NCBI RefSeq assembly: GCF_016432865.1
Contig: NC_067402.1
Span: 113,398,001-113,462,000 of the forward strand
Direction of reading: 5' to 3'
DNA length: 64,000 nucleotides
From: Antechinus flavipes
Taxonomy: Eukaryota
The notes under the pieces are model-generated. The model was not told the DNA's origin. It did not search any database and saw nothing but the letters and a program-made list of their open reading frames with translations. Positions 1 to 12,320 of the stretch are shown here, piece by piece. The position numbers were made by a program, and so were the translations under genes. Within the stretch, counting starts at the first letter, position 1; the number at the start of each line of letters is the position of its first letter.

Positions 1-958
1 GGGTCTGACAGATGAAAGTGATAGAAAGAATGAGTTTTGAATCCTAGGCATTCAAATACAGTGAATCTCTACTATCTAAACTATAAATTGTATAACTCCT
101 AAAGGAAATCTGCATGTGACTGAATGGGGGCTACAAGTTTCCTGCCATGAAAATTAGTCAGTCAGTATACATGTACCTGTTAGGTGCTAGGTTAAAATGA
201 AAAAGTTGTGATTCTCCAGAGGAAGAATTATTCTTGTTGCCCAGTGGGTTTTTCTAAACAATGTTACCAAGCTTGACTAGGACACACTACTTTGATACTG
301 GAGCTTACTTGCTGAAGGAAGAATTAAATTGTTTCACTTGATTTTTGTATTCAAAAAGGATATACTAAAGCCTTAGCTCAGGAAATCCATATAATTATAA
401 TTTATTGATGTCAAAACACAGGATAAGAAGGATTAAAGGTCATTTCTGTCAGGAAGACCTGGGTAGACAGTCCACTCTCTCTCCCTGAGAGTGTATTTCT
501 TTATAATCAAGATTAAACAGATTATTCAGGCACTTTTTTTTTTTTTAACAGATGTTACAATTTAGACTAAAAGAAGCCCTGACCCGTATTAATTCTTGTC
601 AGAAGGAACCGCCTGAAAGCAGGCATGTCTTAGCTGGCTGGCATAATTCTTTAATAATATTTGCTGGTTGTGCTGGCTCTATGTATACCCTTCTCCCTTG
701 CTTTAGAAGGAGGATTGGGAATCCCTTAAAAATGATAGACCCAAGCTGCTTCTCTGATTGCATATATAGTATAGAGAACTGAGCTCCTTAAAATATGATT
801 TGGGAAACACAGAGATGAGCTTTGGTTGGTTACCTCTGAGAAAGGCTTTAGTAATGAATTGTAGTATTTTGCTTATCAAGAATGATCTTTTCTTCAATTC
901 TCTCCCTATATCTTATTTTATTACCCCTCCCCATTCTGTTTTCCTTGTTCCTGGACAG

Positions 959-1098
959 AACAATTGGCTGCCATTCCTGAATTTAAGAACCTGGGGCCTT
1001 TATTCAAATCATCTGAGCCTGTGCAGCTCACAGAAGCAGAAACAGAGTATTTTGTCCGCTGTGTCAAGCACATGTTCAACAATCACATTGTATTCCAG
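959..1098 (+). CDS. COPG2: COPG2 (coatomer gamma-2) coding exon, 6th from last
   Basis: cag|AA..CAG|gtaag; encodes (E)[46 protein letters not shown], gamma-COP appendage region. Confidence 0.96.
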
Positions 1099-1782
1099 GT
1101 AAGAAAAGTGCCAGACCAGACTGTTCTAGGGATTAAAATTAAATGGATAAACTTGGAAGCAGATAACAGTTCCCCATTTATGGAAGGGAATTGACCCATT
1201 GAAGGCCCTGCATTCCAATTTCTAGCTTTACAAATAGCCTCAATCACTTCTATTCCTTGTTTTAAGCCTTCTTTGCTGCAATGACATTCCTGATTATATA
1301 AAAGAGGAATGTCCAAAAAGAGGTACAGAGAGGCTCGATTGAGAATAGACTTTACTTAAAATCATAGTGTATTTGGTGGAGACTTCCTGGTATGTGCTTC
1401 TCAAGATGAGACCAGTGACTCTTGTAACTTCTGAAGTGGAAGGTCTTCAGCAGAAGCAAAATAGGTATAGCTTCCTACATAAAGGACTTTATGCAGTGCA
1501 AATATTTATTATTTTTATTTTAATTATCTTGGAGAGAATTGCCTTAAGCTAAGATGTGACTTAAACGATTTCTAGGGCAATAGTGAACCTTCTAGGGCAA
1601 GGGTACAGAGGCCAAAGTTACAGTGTAATTTAAAGGGGAAAGATATTAGTGTCAAGTCAGGAAATGTGTAGGGGATTATTTCTGGGAAGCAATGCTGTAT
1701 CAAAGGGAGATTCTTGTCTTGTTACTTTATAGCCAAAGAAAACTTTGACCTCTTTACACATGCTTGTTTATTGTTTTCTCAG

Positions 1783-1954
1783 TTTGACTGTACAAACACT
1801 CTCAATGACCAGTTCCTAGAGAAGGTGACAGTGCAGATGGAGCCTTCAGATGCCTATGACGTGCTCTGCTGCATCCCTGCCCCCAGCCTCACCTATAACC
1901 AGCCAGGAATATGTTACACTCTTGTTCGTCTACCTGATGATGATCCTACTGCAG
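1783..1954 (+). CDS. COPG2: COPG2 coding exon, 5th from last
   Basis: ttctcag|TTT..GCAG|gtatag; [57 protein letters not shown]; 172 nt, phase 0 to 1. Confidence 0.96.
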
Positions 1955-3803
1955 GTATAGCCCTCCTCTTTTGAGGTCTTAGGAGAGAACTAGGAAATGT
2001 TCAAGATTTAACCTAGCACTTGTTCAGGGTCACACTCTTAGATCCCAGTGGCATAGATCTTTCTAACTTGAAATTCTGAAACTCAGTGCTGGGCTGCTAC
2101 TGATAAGGTATTTTAGAGAAGCAAGACAGGCCGTCTTCAAGTCACAACTGGAGCCTTGTGGCCAAAGCTAGTTCATATACATAAGTTTTCTTGGCATAAC
2201 TTGCCATGGGGTATACATAGTACATCTTCTTAACCTTCTGATTGTAGTTAGAAAGTCTATTCTTCGCAAGACTATGGGTAAAACTTTGTATGGAAAATAA
2301 TTGGAAGTCTTAACTTTGAATTGCATTACACAAGATGTAAGACAGAAATATCTCATTGTCCGTGTCTTCCTTAGCACTCATCTTTTCCTCTCCTGAATTT
2401 GCTCTTTCCTCTAGTTCTATCCTGCTCCTTTCACCCAGTTTGTCCCTCTTAAGGCTCATGCAAATTTATGTCAATTATATCTTTAGTCACTTTTGTAATA
2501 AGTTTTCTCTCAAGTCATATCTTAAGCCAACTTCTGGATCTTTCTAAAGCAGTTCTTCTAATTTCTGTGAGCTTATTTTTATGTATTTTGCTACCTTTAA
2601 AATATCCTTACAGAGAAAGAAACTATAATACAAAAAAAGTTAAATTTCTCCTTCCAGGCAACTTCTGAAATCTCTTTTTTAAGGAATATTTCTGATTCAC
2701 AGGAGAGGATGAATGACCCCAAGCTCTAGGCTTCAAGACATGTTGTTCTATTTTATTCCTTCCCTTAAAAAGAATACAAAATAGTTTGTATGTCATAAAA
2801 CACTACTTAACTTTGGAAAGGGAATTGGGTTTAAACTTATTATGCTTATAGAGGGAAGAATTACAGAGAGAATTGTAAGAGGAAGGTGCAAACAGGCAAA
2901 TTTTAAAGTTTACCATCAGGTTTGCAAGGTGAATGTTGAAAACTATCTTTGCATATATTTTGAAAATAAAAAGCTATTACTAAAAAAAAAAAAAAAAGTT
3001 TGCCATCAGGAAAAACGTCCCAACAGAGCTGTTCAAAATGGTGCAGGAATGGTCTGCTTTAAGAGGTGATGAGAATCCCCCTCATTGGAAATCTTCAATC
3101 TGTGGCTGACTGACCATTTGTCTGATATATTATAATGGAAATTCCTTCAGGTATGAGTTGGAATAAATGGCTGCTAGGGTCTCTTCCAACTCTCAAATTC
3201 TGTCATGTTTGGAGAGATTTCAGCTAAAGTTGAAGGGGGGAGGGGAACTTACCAGAGCTGCCAAAAATACGTTACTTGCTTTTGGGATATAGCAGGTTCC
3301 CCACCAGGAAAGTCTTTGAGCAGAGGCTGGATGACTATTTGTCAAGAATGTAGAGTGGATTGCTGCTCAAGTGTGAATGAAGTAGATGGCCTTTCCTAAC
3401 CCTGAATTTCTGTGATGTAAACTGTAACCTTTTTTTTTAATGAAGCTATTAAGAGTGGGATTTGATATGTTTTAGATCCTACTGTAAGGATGCATTTTTC
3501 ATAAAGTTTTTTGTTGTCTTGTGTGCTTTAATCTGGATTACTTTTTATACCATTATTGTGACCAATTTTGCCTGATTGTATACTTCTTAACATAGACTTA
3601 GATCTTTAGTAACAAGTTAATATTTTTATTCTTTTGTGGTGTGATTTACATGTTTGACAAGCCTGCAAACCACTTCTTGAGAAACTCTATCCAAGTTAAG
3701 AGACTGCATCTAACCTGCTTTTTGGAATATAGCGTGTACTGCACAATGTTAGTGGTAGCAAGATCCTTGACATGGGCAAACTTGATTTTTTCTTCATCTC
3801 TAG

Positions 3804-3901
3804 TTGCTTGCACCTTTAGCTGCACAATGAAGTTTACAGTTCGGGACTGTGATCCTAATACTGGTATTCCAGATGAGGATGGATATGATGATGAGTATGT
3901 G
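3804..3901 (+). CDS. COPG2: COPG2 coding exon, 4th from last
   Basis: ctctag|TT..GTG|gtaag; (V)[32 protein letters not shown]; 98 nt. Confidence 0.96.
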
Positions 3902-4371
3902 GTAAGTTTCCCTTGAATATATGGTCTTTTGGTACCAAGTTGTTTTTGTTAGGAATACCTGATGATGACATTGTTTAGGGATGGTTAGCTTACATTGTAA
4001 TTAAGGGAGATAGTCCAGATCTTAACATATTGCACAGTGAATGTAGTTTATCGACATTGCTACCCAAAAATTCAGTATGACCCTGTGCTATATTGAGAAA
4101 TATGATGCCCAAAACAAAAGAAGCGTAGGACTCTGCCCTGAGCAGACTTTATCTGAAGTACTTCATTCATTTTATGGTACCATATGTTAGAAACAAACTG
4201 GAGAGTAACAGCAAACAAAGGAGAGTAACCAGCATGGATGAAGCACTGAGGAGTTGGAGGGTAAATTTCAGAGATGCAGATTTAGGTTTGATGTAAGGAT
4301 AAACTTCCTAACAGTTAGGACCATCCAAAAAGGAAATGGGCTGCTATAAGAAAGTAGTGGCTCCACACACT

Positions 4372-4420
4372 GTGTGTGTGTGTATGTGTGTGTGTGTGTG
4401 TGTCTGTCTGTCTGTGTCTG
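4372..4420. repeat. (TG)n / (TCTG)n compound microsatellite
   Basis: Direct reading of the sequence. Confidence 0.9.
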
Positions 4421-4886
4421 TCTCTCACATTCACACTCACACATTAGAGGACTTCAGTCCAGGCTGAATGCTTTTTTTACTTTTCTAGACCTTTTCCCCT
4501 TGAGTTATTAATGGTCTTTTCCCAGTTTTCTTGTTATGTGCTTGTGAATATGAGATAGAAACATATCTATTACCTTATAACACTACATGTTTATAAATGT
4601 TGAGTTTTGGAGGACAGATTTCCTGTTCAAGTGTGAGTTGAAGTAAACAGTTTCTTAGGTTTCTTCCAACTAAGATTCTGTGCTATTCTACTGGGAGTTG
4701 ACCTTTTCTTTACTATCATCCATAGAGGAGTATTTTATTGTGCAGTAGAATTGCTATCATTAAGTACTAAGGCCTAATAAATAGAATTTGAAATGGAATG
4801 GTGGGTTATTTACCTACCAATAGGCTTAGTTTCCTTTTCTACTAGAGAAATTTTATGCACTGACACCAGTCTTATTTGACCATCAG

Positions 4887-5025
4887 CTGGAAGATCTTGA
4901 GGTCTCTATGTCTGATCACATCCAGAAGGTGCTCAAACCCAACTTTGCTGTAGCCTGGGAAGAGGTTGGAGATAACTTTGAAAAGGAGGAGACTTTTGCC
5001 CTCAGCACAACCAAAACCCTTGAAG
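4887..5025 (+). CDS. COPG2: COPG2 coding exon, 3rd from last
   Basis: catcag|CTG..GAAG|gtgag; [46 protein letters not shown]; 139 nt. Confidence 0.96.
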
Positions 5026-5288
5026 GTGAGACTAATCTCTTCTCTCTTTAGTGAGTTCAGCCCGTATCAAATCCAGCTGACATAATCTCTATGGATTTGA
5101 AAAGTATTGTCAGTCTATAGCCTATTTTAGTGGGCCTTGTTACTTTTTTCTCCATACAGTTTATTTTTTACAGCACTAATTTTTCCACCTCTTATTTTCA
5201 GTATAGTTCCAGTAGTGGAGATTTCATGAAGAAGTAGATGTCTAAATATAACATTTCTAATGCTCTGTCTTATATCTTTCAAACACAG

Positions 5289-5387
5289 AAGCTGTCAATA
5301 ACATCGTCACATTTCTGGGCATGCAACCATGTGAAAGGTCAGACAAAGTACCTGAAAACAAAAATTCTCATACACTCTATTTGTCAG
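5289..5387 (+). CDS. COPG2: COPG2 penultimate coding exon
   Basis: cacag|AA..TCAG|gtaag; (E)[32 protein letters not shown]; 99 nt. Confidence 0.96.
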
Positions 5388-6032
5388 GTAAGAACTCTCA
5401 TTCCTTTTCACTTATTCTTACTTGTTTATAAAATTTAAAATCAACTCAAATGCCATCTTTTGTGATGTTTTACATATGCTTTTCCCCAGAAAGCAATAAT
5501 TTCCCCACTCAGACCTCAAATGGTATCGTTTGCACTCCTCATGCATTTTCATATTTTGTTTTATAGCTTTGTGTATGTCATCCCTCTGACTAGACTAAGT
5601 CATCTCAGTTTTTTGTGTTAACTAGCACAGTAGATTCTTAAATGTTTGTTGAATTGAAAGAGATATACTCTGTTAACGGAAGAACTTTGGCTGTGCCCAC
5701 CCTCTTCATTTCAGAATCGAAGTCTCATTAACAGGACAGTTTAACTGATCCTGTTCCTTTAGTCTGAAATCAGCAAGTTCACCCAAATGTTGTTTAGCTC
5801 AAGAAATTTGCATTGGTTTCACGCTGATAATCCTGACTAATTTCTCCCCGTTTTTGCTCTTAATTAAGCAGCAAGTGTTGAGTGCCTCCCCATTTCTATA
5901 AGCTAGAAAGAGCCTTAAAAAGTATTTGAACCATGTAGATAATATTTAGTTCCCCTGCATAAAAAATTTATACTTGTCTTTATAAAAGCAGTTTGTTTGA
6001 CTACCCCATCTGGTTTTTGTGATTTTTCTCAG

Positions 6033-6163
6033 GTGTATACAGAGGTGGCTACGACTTACTGGTGAGGTCTAGATTGGCCTTAGGAGATGGAGTGACCATG
6101 CAAGTGACTGTGAGAAGCAAAGAGGAAACACCTGTTGATGTTATCTTAGCTTCAGTTGGATAA
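6033..6163 (+). CDS. COPG2: COPG2 terminal coding exon with TAA stop
   Basis: ttctcag|GT..GGA TAA; (G)[42 protein letters not shown], typical gamma-COP C-terminus. Confidence 0.97.
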
Positions 6164-6428
6164 ATTTTTATCTAAGCTTTGTAATTAATGCACTCTCCAG
6201 TCAGTTGGCTTTTTTCATGATTTTGGAAAGTAAATGTCTAGGCAGATCTACTAAGCAAATGTCTGTCCTTATGTCTGTCCTTATGCACGTTGTTTTTATT
6301 CCAACTGCTCAACTTCTTTACATTCCTTGCTCTAACTTATTGTGTCCAAAAGCGCCTGGTGGAGTTGAGAACTTGTGTAACCCAAGTGGTGGGGAGGAAT
6401 CCAGAGTCCACTTTTGTCAAAATTCATT

Positions 6429-6447
6429 TTTATTAATAGAAAATAAA
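6429..6447. terminator. Back-to-back poly(A) signals: AATAAA on - (6429-6434, probably MEST) and AATAAA on + (6442-6447, probably COPG2)
   Basis: Sequence tttattaatagaaaataaa between the convergent stop codons; further + signals at 6489 and 6549, further - signal at 6295-6300. Confidence 0.6.
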
Positions 6448-7499
6448 CGATTATTCCAGTTTCAAAATTTGTTATACTTGAAGTTGCTAATAAAAAAGAC
6501 TTTAAAATACAAATGTTCCTGCTTCACTGAGACATTGCAACTGTAGCTAATAAAACAGGATCCAGCACCATTTGTTTTAAAAGGCCTTTCAGAACTTTCT
6601 ACAAATTCTTTCTGTTAAACAGGAAAAACCAGGCTAAAAGGGAAGGCCACTTGAGCATTCTTCATAAAAGGAATTCAACAGAGCAGATTGGCTTGGGTGA
6701 AAATCTCCTTGCAGGATAAGGACACATCTTTTGAAATATCCTTCTAAACACTGAGGTATAAACAGACGCCATCAGCTGAGAATCTTGTCTACATATCAGC
6801 CGATAGAAGTAGTTCTTTTCACAGATATTATTGATCCTTCATGCCTCAAAATTTTAGGTAACTCTGAAAACAGGATTTAATTTGACATATAAAAATTAAT
6901 CGTATTTAGTAATTCATTAGATTCACTACTTAGCCACAGAACATAACTTGCTGGTTTAGTGTCTTTATAAAAAAAAATACTTACTTACAAATAAAATGTA
7001 ACTCAATCTGTAAGATGTACTTCAACTATAAATTGCACTTTAACAAGATGGTAAAAGAAATCCAAAAGCATGACCAAAACAGAGAATCTGGCTTGCCGTG
7101 ATGCTACATGTTGGTTATAGAACATGCAAGCATATAGTTTAAGAGAAGTTGGGAGACTTTGCATAATTGCATGATTGTGTAATTGGGAATGAAAGTGCCA
7201 TCTTCAAATTCTAAGAGTCCATAACTTTGAAACCTTTGGTATAAAAGGCTTTTTGTTTGAAAGATTTGGGAGGGTCAATTAGAATTTCGAATACGAAGAC
7301 ATTACCAAGTCTTTTTGATCCATAGCCTGAACAGGAAGTGGATGGGACACAAGAGATAAAACCCATTGAAGCTCATGGTGTTACTTCAGGGTATTGTTTA
7401 GTGATGGGAAATAGTTATGATCTTTCTTTGAGGCATCAGTTCCTAATTTGAAACTAAGACTGAAAAGGAAATAAAGCAAGGAAAATAACTCTTCCTCCT

Positions 7500-7617
7500 T
7501 CAGAAAGAGTTGATGAAGTTCAAATATGCATTCAGAAAACCCATAGGATCCTCAAGTTGTGGATAGTGACTAATGTGGTCATCCAGAATCGACACTGTGG
7601 ACTGGGGTAACATTTTC
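7500..7617 (-). CDS. MEST: MEST exon 12 (terminal coding exon, TGA at 7502-7500)
   Basis: caatag|G AAA..TTC TGA; (R)[38 protein letters not shown]; catalytic His motif HYPQ. Confidence 0.97.
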
Positions 7618-8298
7618 CTATTGAAAAAGAATGTAGAGGTGAAATGTTCAAGCTGGGCTTGGATGTTCCAATAAGCAATAGCTTAAATAAATTAAACCTA
7701 CAACAAATTTCCACATAGGAATAAAACCCATTTCTTCAAAGTAGGATAGCTTTGAGCTGGGGATGAGATAAGAAGGCATCAGTTACTTTCATGGGTTATA
7801 TTATATAGCAGGAGTAACAAGTAAAAGAATTATTTGTTTTAAACTTTAAAACTTGATCTGATCACAAATGCATTGTTTCGTATAACTGGACTAACCCAAG
7901 TCACAAAACAGTCCCACCCACTCCAAATGATTTGGAGAAGGAGTACATTAATTAGAGGAAAATATCCTCCGTTTCCCCTTGCAGCCCGATAGGCTCAAGT
8001 TCCTAGCATGTTTCACTTTGACTACAAACAAATGTCAACTTTACCTGCCAATATCCCACAACAGTTTTCCTAACTAAGCAAGATGTGTTCAGGGAGATAT
8101 GCGATATCAGCCAAGGGAATTCTATTTTGTTTTTTCCAAGCACTGTTGGGTTTAATGTGAGGAGTATCACTATCCAAGCCCTAACTTACTTCTTCATGAA
8201 CCAACCAGGGAATCTAAGACACATCTGATGGAACATCAGCTTTGTTTTCTCTGCACCCGAACCTGGCTGGCACACAGCTATTCCCAAGAGCCGCTTAC

Positions 8299-8362
8299 CT
8301 GTACAGATTCATAAATTCTGGATGAGGATTCACTGGATCTAATGGCCCATAGATGAAATGAA
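8299..8362 (-). CDS. MEST: MEST exon 11
   Basis: ttccag|TT..ACAG|gtaag; (L)HFIYGPLDPVNPHPEFMNLY(R); 64 nt. Confidence 0.96.
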
Positions 8363-9318
8363 CTGGAAAGAAACAGGTAAAGGGTTAGAGGCCCTTTACC
8401 CTCCATTTCAAAAACCCAAACCAGAACAAAAACTGCCCTCAGTACAGTATGTCATTCTTGGCCTATTCTTCTTGCCCTCCAGAAAAGAAAAGAATTAACT
8501 CACTGTCTTTTATTAAATAGATTGCAAGAAGCTTCTAGCAATGAGGCAGCTAACCATGTGGCTCATTCATAATACTTCTCCCCTCTAGTGGTCTATTCTG
8601 TATCTGAATATCTCCTCTTTGTAGAGTTCTGATTCTTTTCAAAAATTCAACATTAATATTATTTCATATTTAATATTTAAACATTTTAACCTATCACTAG
8701 ACTAGTTGGATTTGATTTTTCTTTGACATGTAAATCATTGTTGAATGCCTACTATGTATTTAATAAGGCAACCCTAGAGAGGCTGGGTTTACTTGATTTA
8801 ATTAATTTTTAAGTATGTATATATATGGCTGAAGAGACTAATCCTTGCTAAGTCTGTATCCCATGGCTGCCATTCAAAATAATTATTGTAGTAACCCTAA
8901 TGAGTAAATAAATTAAAAAATCATTTATAAGCACGTATTTGTGCCAAGCACTGTGCTAAATCCTGGGAATATAAATAGAAAATTGAGATTGTCCCTGCTC
9001 TAAAGAAGCTCATATTCAAATTAGAGGAGACAAAATATATGAAGATTCAGTGACAGGAGGATAGCAAAATCCAGACATACTCTAATAACCCTAATTATCA
9101 GTGATCAGCAGTGGAGTCTTCCACTTTTTGGTTTCTTAATTCCCAACAGTACTTTGCTGTTGTATTTTCTTACTTTCAGTTTACAGAAGAGTATATTTGT
9201 TTCCTGGTACTGGGTTACCATCTCATTTTGACTCTTAAGGACCTGCCTGATTTCCCTGCAGGTAGGATGCTTTACCTTAAGACCTAAAATTTAACAGAGA
9301 CAATGAGGGAACACTTAC

Positions 9319-9395
9319 GAGGAACTGCCATGGAGGCGAGAGCCCCTACCCAGCGGTCTCGATGCTTCTTCCTCTGGTTGATGTACTCTAAGAGA
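9319..9395 (-). CDS. MEST: MEST exon 10
   Basis: ctgaag|TCTC..CCTC|gtaag; [25 protein letters not shown]; 77 nt. Confidence 0.95.
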
Positions 9396-10742
9396 CTTCA
9401 GGGACAGATTAGTGAGAGTTGGTGTGTGAGCCAAGGAAAGCCACACTCTAGTGAGACCACAAGGCCTAACATAGACAACAAGGCATTTTAGATTGTTAGA
9501 TCTTAGGGAAAGTTGGCATTTGCCCCCACTCGCCACATTTATTCCTGTTAAACTCCAGAACCCCAAACAGTTACTTAGTAATGTCAAAATTCAGTGGTTC
9601 TAGAAAGATATCAAGGCACAGATCGAACTCAACATGATAAATATAAAAAATGACAACTGTTACTCATCAGGGATGCAATGAAAAACAGATTTCTCATCCC
9701 ATGCTCTTGGGAAAACAGATCCTTCCCATTTTTTTCAGTTGGGTCAGTACAGACACTCATAAGATGATCATCTATGCCCATGATCATTTAGAGTCATAGG
9801 CTTTTAAGGCAACAAGATACTATTTGAAGGGAACTTAATAATCCCAGACACCCCTAACCTCCTCCTTCCATTTTATTATGAGCACAACTCTGTATGACAA
9901 CTCATATCTAGAAAACAGGGAAAAGAAACCTTTCCAGTATTATCAGAAGAGACTAATTTCTAGTGTGGATCCCTTTTCTTCTCAGCTCCAAGATGGCATA
10001 TAGGTGAACATGGATCATCAATTCTTAGTATAAATACTTTTTCTTTCCCACTAAGAAAAAAAATTATACTATCATCTCATGTTAAAAACAACCTTCAAGC
10101 TTATAGATCCCGTGTGGAAAATAGATTGTTTCTTGTAATTTCCAACATAGACATCAGTTAGAACTTGGAGATAACAAGACAAGGTAGAAGCCACATTGAA
10201 CTCAATGGCAGAAAATGAAGCCTTGTTTCTGGAATGTCCAGATTTTCAACATCCTCTCTGAAAACTGCCAAACTCTGATCCGTATCCAGACATAGGATCT
10301 GGATAGACCCCCATAGGCTACCTGTGGCAATATCCTCAGCCCCAGTGGTTGAAGAAATTACAATGTGATAACATTTGAGCAGAGACAGCAAGTTCTCAAG
10401 GATATAAAACCTTTTTAAGAGGTTAACATTAGCAATTATGTAGAGAGGAACAAGACTTTGCTAAAGGTTAGGTGGAAAGTTCCAGACCAAACTGAGATTA
10501 GAATTGGCAATTGCTTAATTAAATTGTCTTTGGCCACGAAGGCCTCCAGATCAAGATTCCCTCTGTTCCCATTTTCTCTCTTTTCTAGCAACTTCCCAAA
10601 TGAATATAAAATCAAACTAATAAGTGGTATTCCTGCTGTGACAAGATATAGGCCATCCAGGGAACAGAGTGGAGGTGGAGGAGGAGAAGCCATTTTCCCT
10701 TTAGTAAAACATCTGATACTAAAGTGAAAGTGCATCTTTTAC

Positions 10743-10844
10743 CTGTCAATGACCAGATTGCCATCATTGGTTCGAATCCCAGCCCACATGTCCCACATCT
10801 CAGCTTCTGAGGGCCGTGTGTATGGTCCAAAGACCACTGCAAGG
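10743..10844 (-). CDS. MEST: MEST exon 9
   Basis: tttcag|CCTT..ACAG|gtaaa; [33 protein letters not shown]; 102 nt. Confidence 0.96.
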
Positions 10845-11270
10845 CTGAAAGATCCCCCAAAATTGAGAGGGTGGGTAAGTAGGTATGAGTAAAACTTCCA
10901 GTATTAGTTTCAAGACTATTGCACAGTGCACATACTATCTAGTTACCACTTTGGGTCACTCCCTGCATTAGAGGGAAGAGATTTGGGAGCATCTTTACAC
11001 TCCTGAAAATGCAAACCAGTCCAAAGCAACCTCCCCACAAGTCTCTCAGCTCTCTGCTCCTCAAAGCAGTGGATGCATCAGGGCCCTTCGAAGTAGCTGC
11101 TGAGGTGAGGGAAGAAGGAACTGGACCTGGCCATTTATACCCCACCCCTTACCCTCCAGATTATGAACTTTCCAGCCTTACCACTGAGGCCCAAGATTGA
11201 GATTGGCAGCATTTTTGATTCTAATGCTTCCCAAAAAACAGCCTCAGTGTTCAGGCACAGAGCAACTCAC

Positions 11271-11341
11271 CCCCTAGCAAAGAAGAAGAAATTCATCAGG
11301 CGAGTGAGAATAGGAGATATCAGGCCTCCATCTTTAAGCAG
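11271..11341 (-). CDS. MEST: MEST exon 8
   Basis: ctacag|CTG..AGGGG|gtgag; [23 protein letters not shown]; 71 nt. Confidence 0.96.
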
Positions 11342-11929
11342 CTGTAGGTTTAAAAAAGAGAATAAGATGAAATGAAACAAAACAGGACAAGGGGACTTTT
11401 TACCAGGGCATTGGGAACTTCAGCCTGTTTGCCTGGGACAAAAAGGATTTGAACTAAGCCTCTCTATATCTGAAAAATGGCATTTCTTTCCTTCCTCCCT
11501 TGGAGAAAGAACAGCCTATTTCTAACTCCCTCTAAGGGGGTTCATGGCAGTCTGATGAAGCCCATGTACCCCTTCACAGAATCAGCCTTGTTAAATGCAG
11601 AACATATACAGTAAAGATTACAAAGGAAACCAGTTACACTGAAATAAAGATATAATTTTTCTTCCCCATTCAAGTTCACATGGATCTATTCATGGATCCT
11701 AGTTCCAGAACCCCTGCTCTCGGACTTGACTCTTAGACACTCAAATTCCAACTTGAACCTGAATTTGGATGAGGAGTCCACTGGGCTCAAGTACAGGGCT
11801 TTCTTATATAAGCCACAGACATTCATCTACATATTCATCCCCCCCAAAAAAACCTCACTCTCAAACAAAGGATATTTTATCAGGGTAAAGACAAATGAAC
11901 AATTCATCCACATGAAAAAATGTTCAAAA

Positions 11930-12320
11930 ATCTGAGACATTAAAACCACTCTGAGGTTCCACATGGTACCCATCAGATTGGCAAAGATAATAAGAAAACC
12001 AACTCACATTAACATCATTGGTGAAAAAAACCTAAGCCACAAGCCCATTGATTTGATGCAGCAGTTGCAAATTGGTCCAACTTTTTTGGAGATAATATAA
12101 AATTATAAAGAAAATTACAAAAGTGGGCATACTCTCTTCGACCAAGCAGTCCTACTTCTATAGCCAACAGACATTATTAAAAAGATGATAAAGGTACACG
12201 TATGTACAAAAATATTCATGGCAGCATTATTTGTAAGATCAAAAAAAAAAAAAAAAAACCTAGAAATGATCTAAAGTATCCAACAACTGAAAAAGGGCTG
12301 AACAAATGCAATGGAATTAT
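11930..12320 (+). mobile_element. Old, degraded L1 fragment (3' part of ORF2)
   Basis: Recognisable L1 motifs (catcagattggcaaag, aaaatattcatggcagcattatttgta, ctagaaatga..gtatcca); recalled consensus, no search run. Confidence 0.6.

Noticed and set aside
552-622. Poly-T acceptor followed by an ATG ORF (MLQFRLKEA..) in the COPG2 intron
   Set aside because: No similarity to gamma-COP; the only donor is a weak GC type (CAG|GCATGT); in the COPG2 phase it stops after 4 codons; poly-T plus AG is common
3959-4140. C-box-like TGATGA followed by CTGA (C/D snoRNA?)
   Set aside because: Candidate boxes are about 175 nt apart with no terminal stem seen
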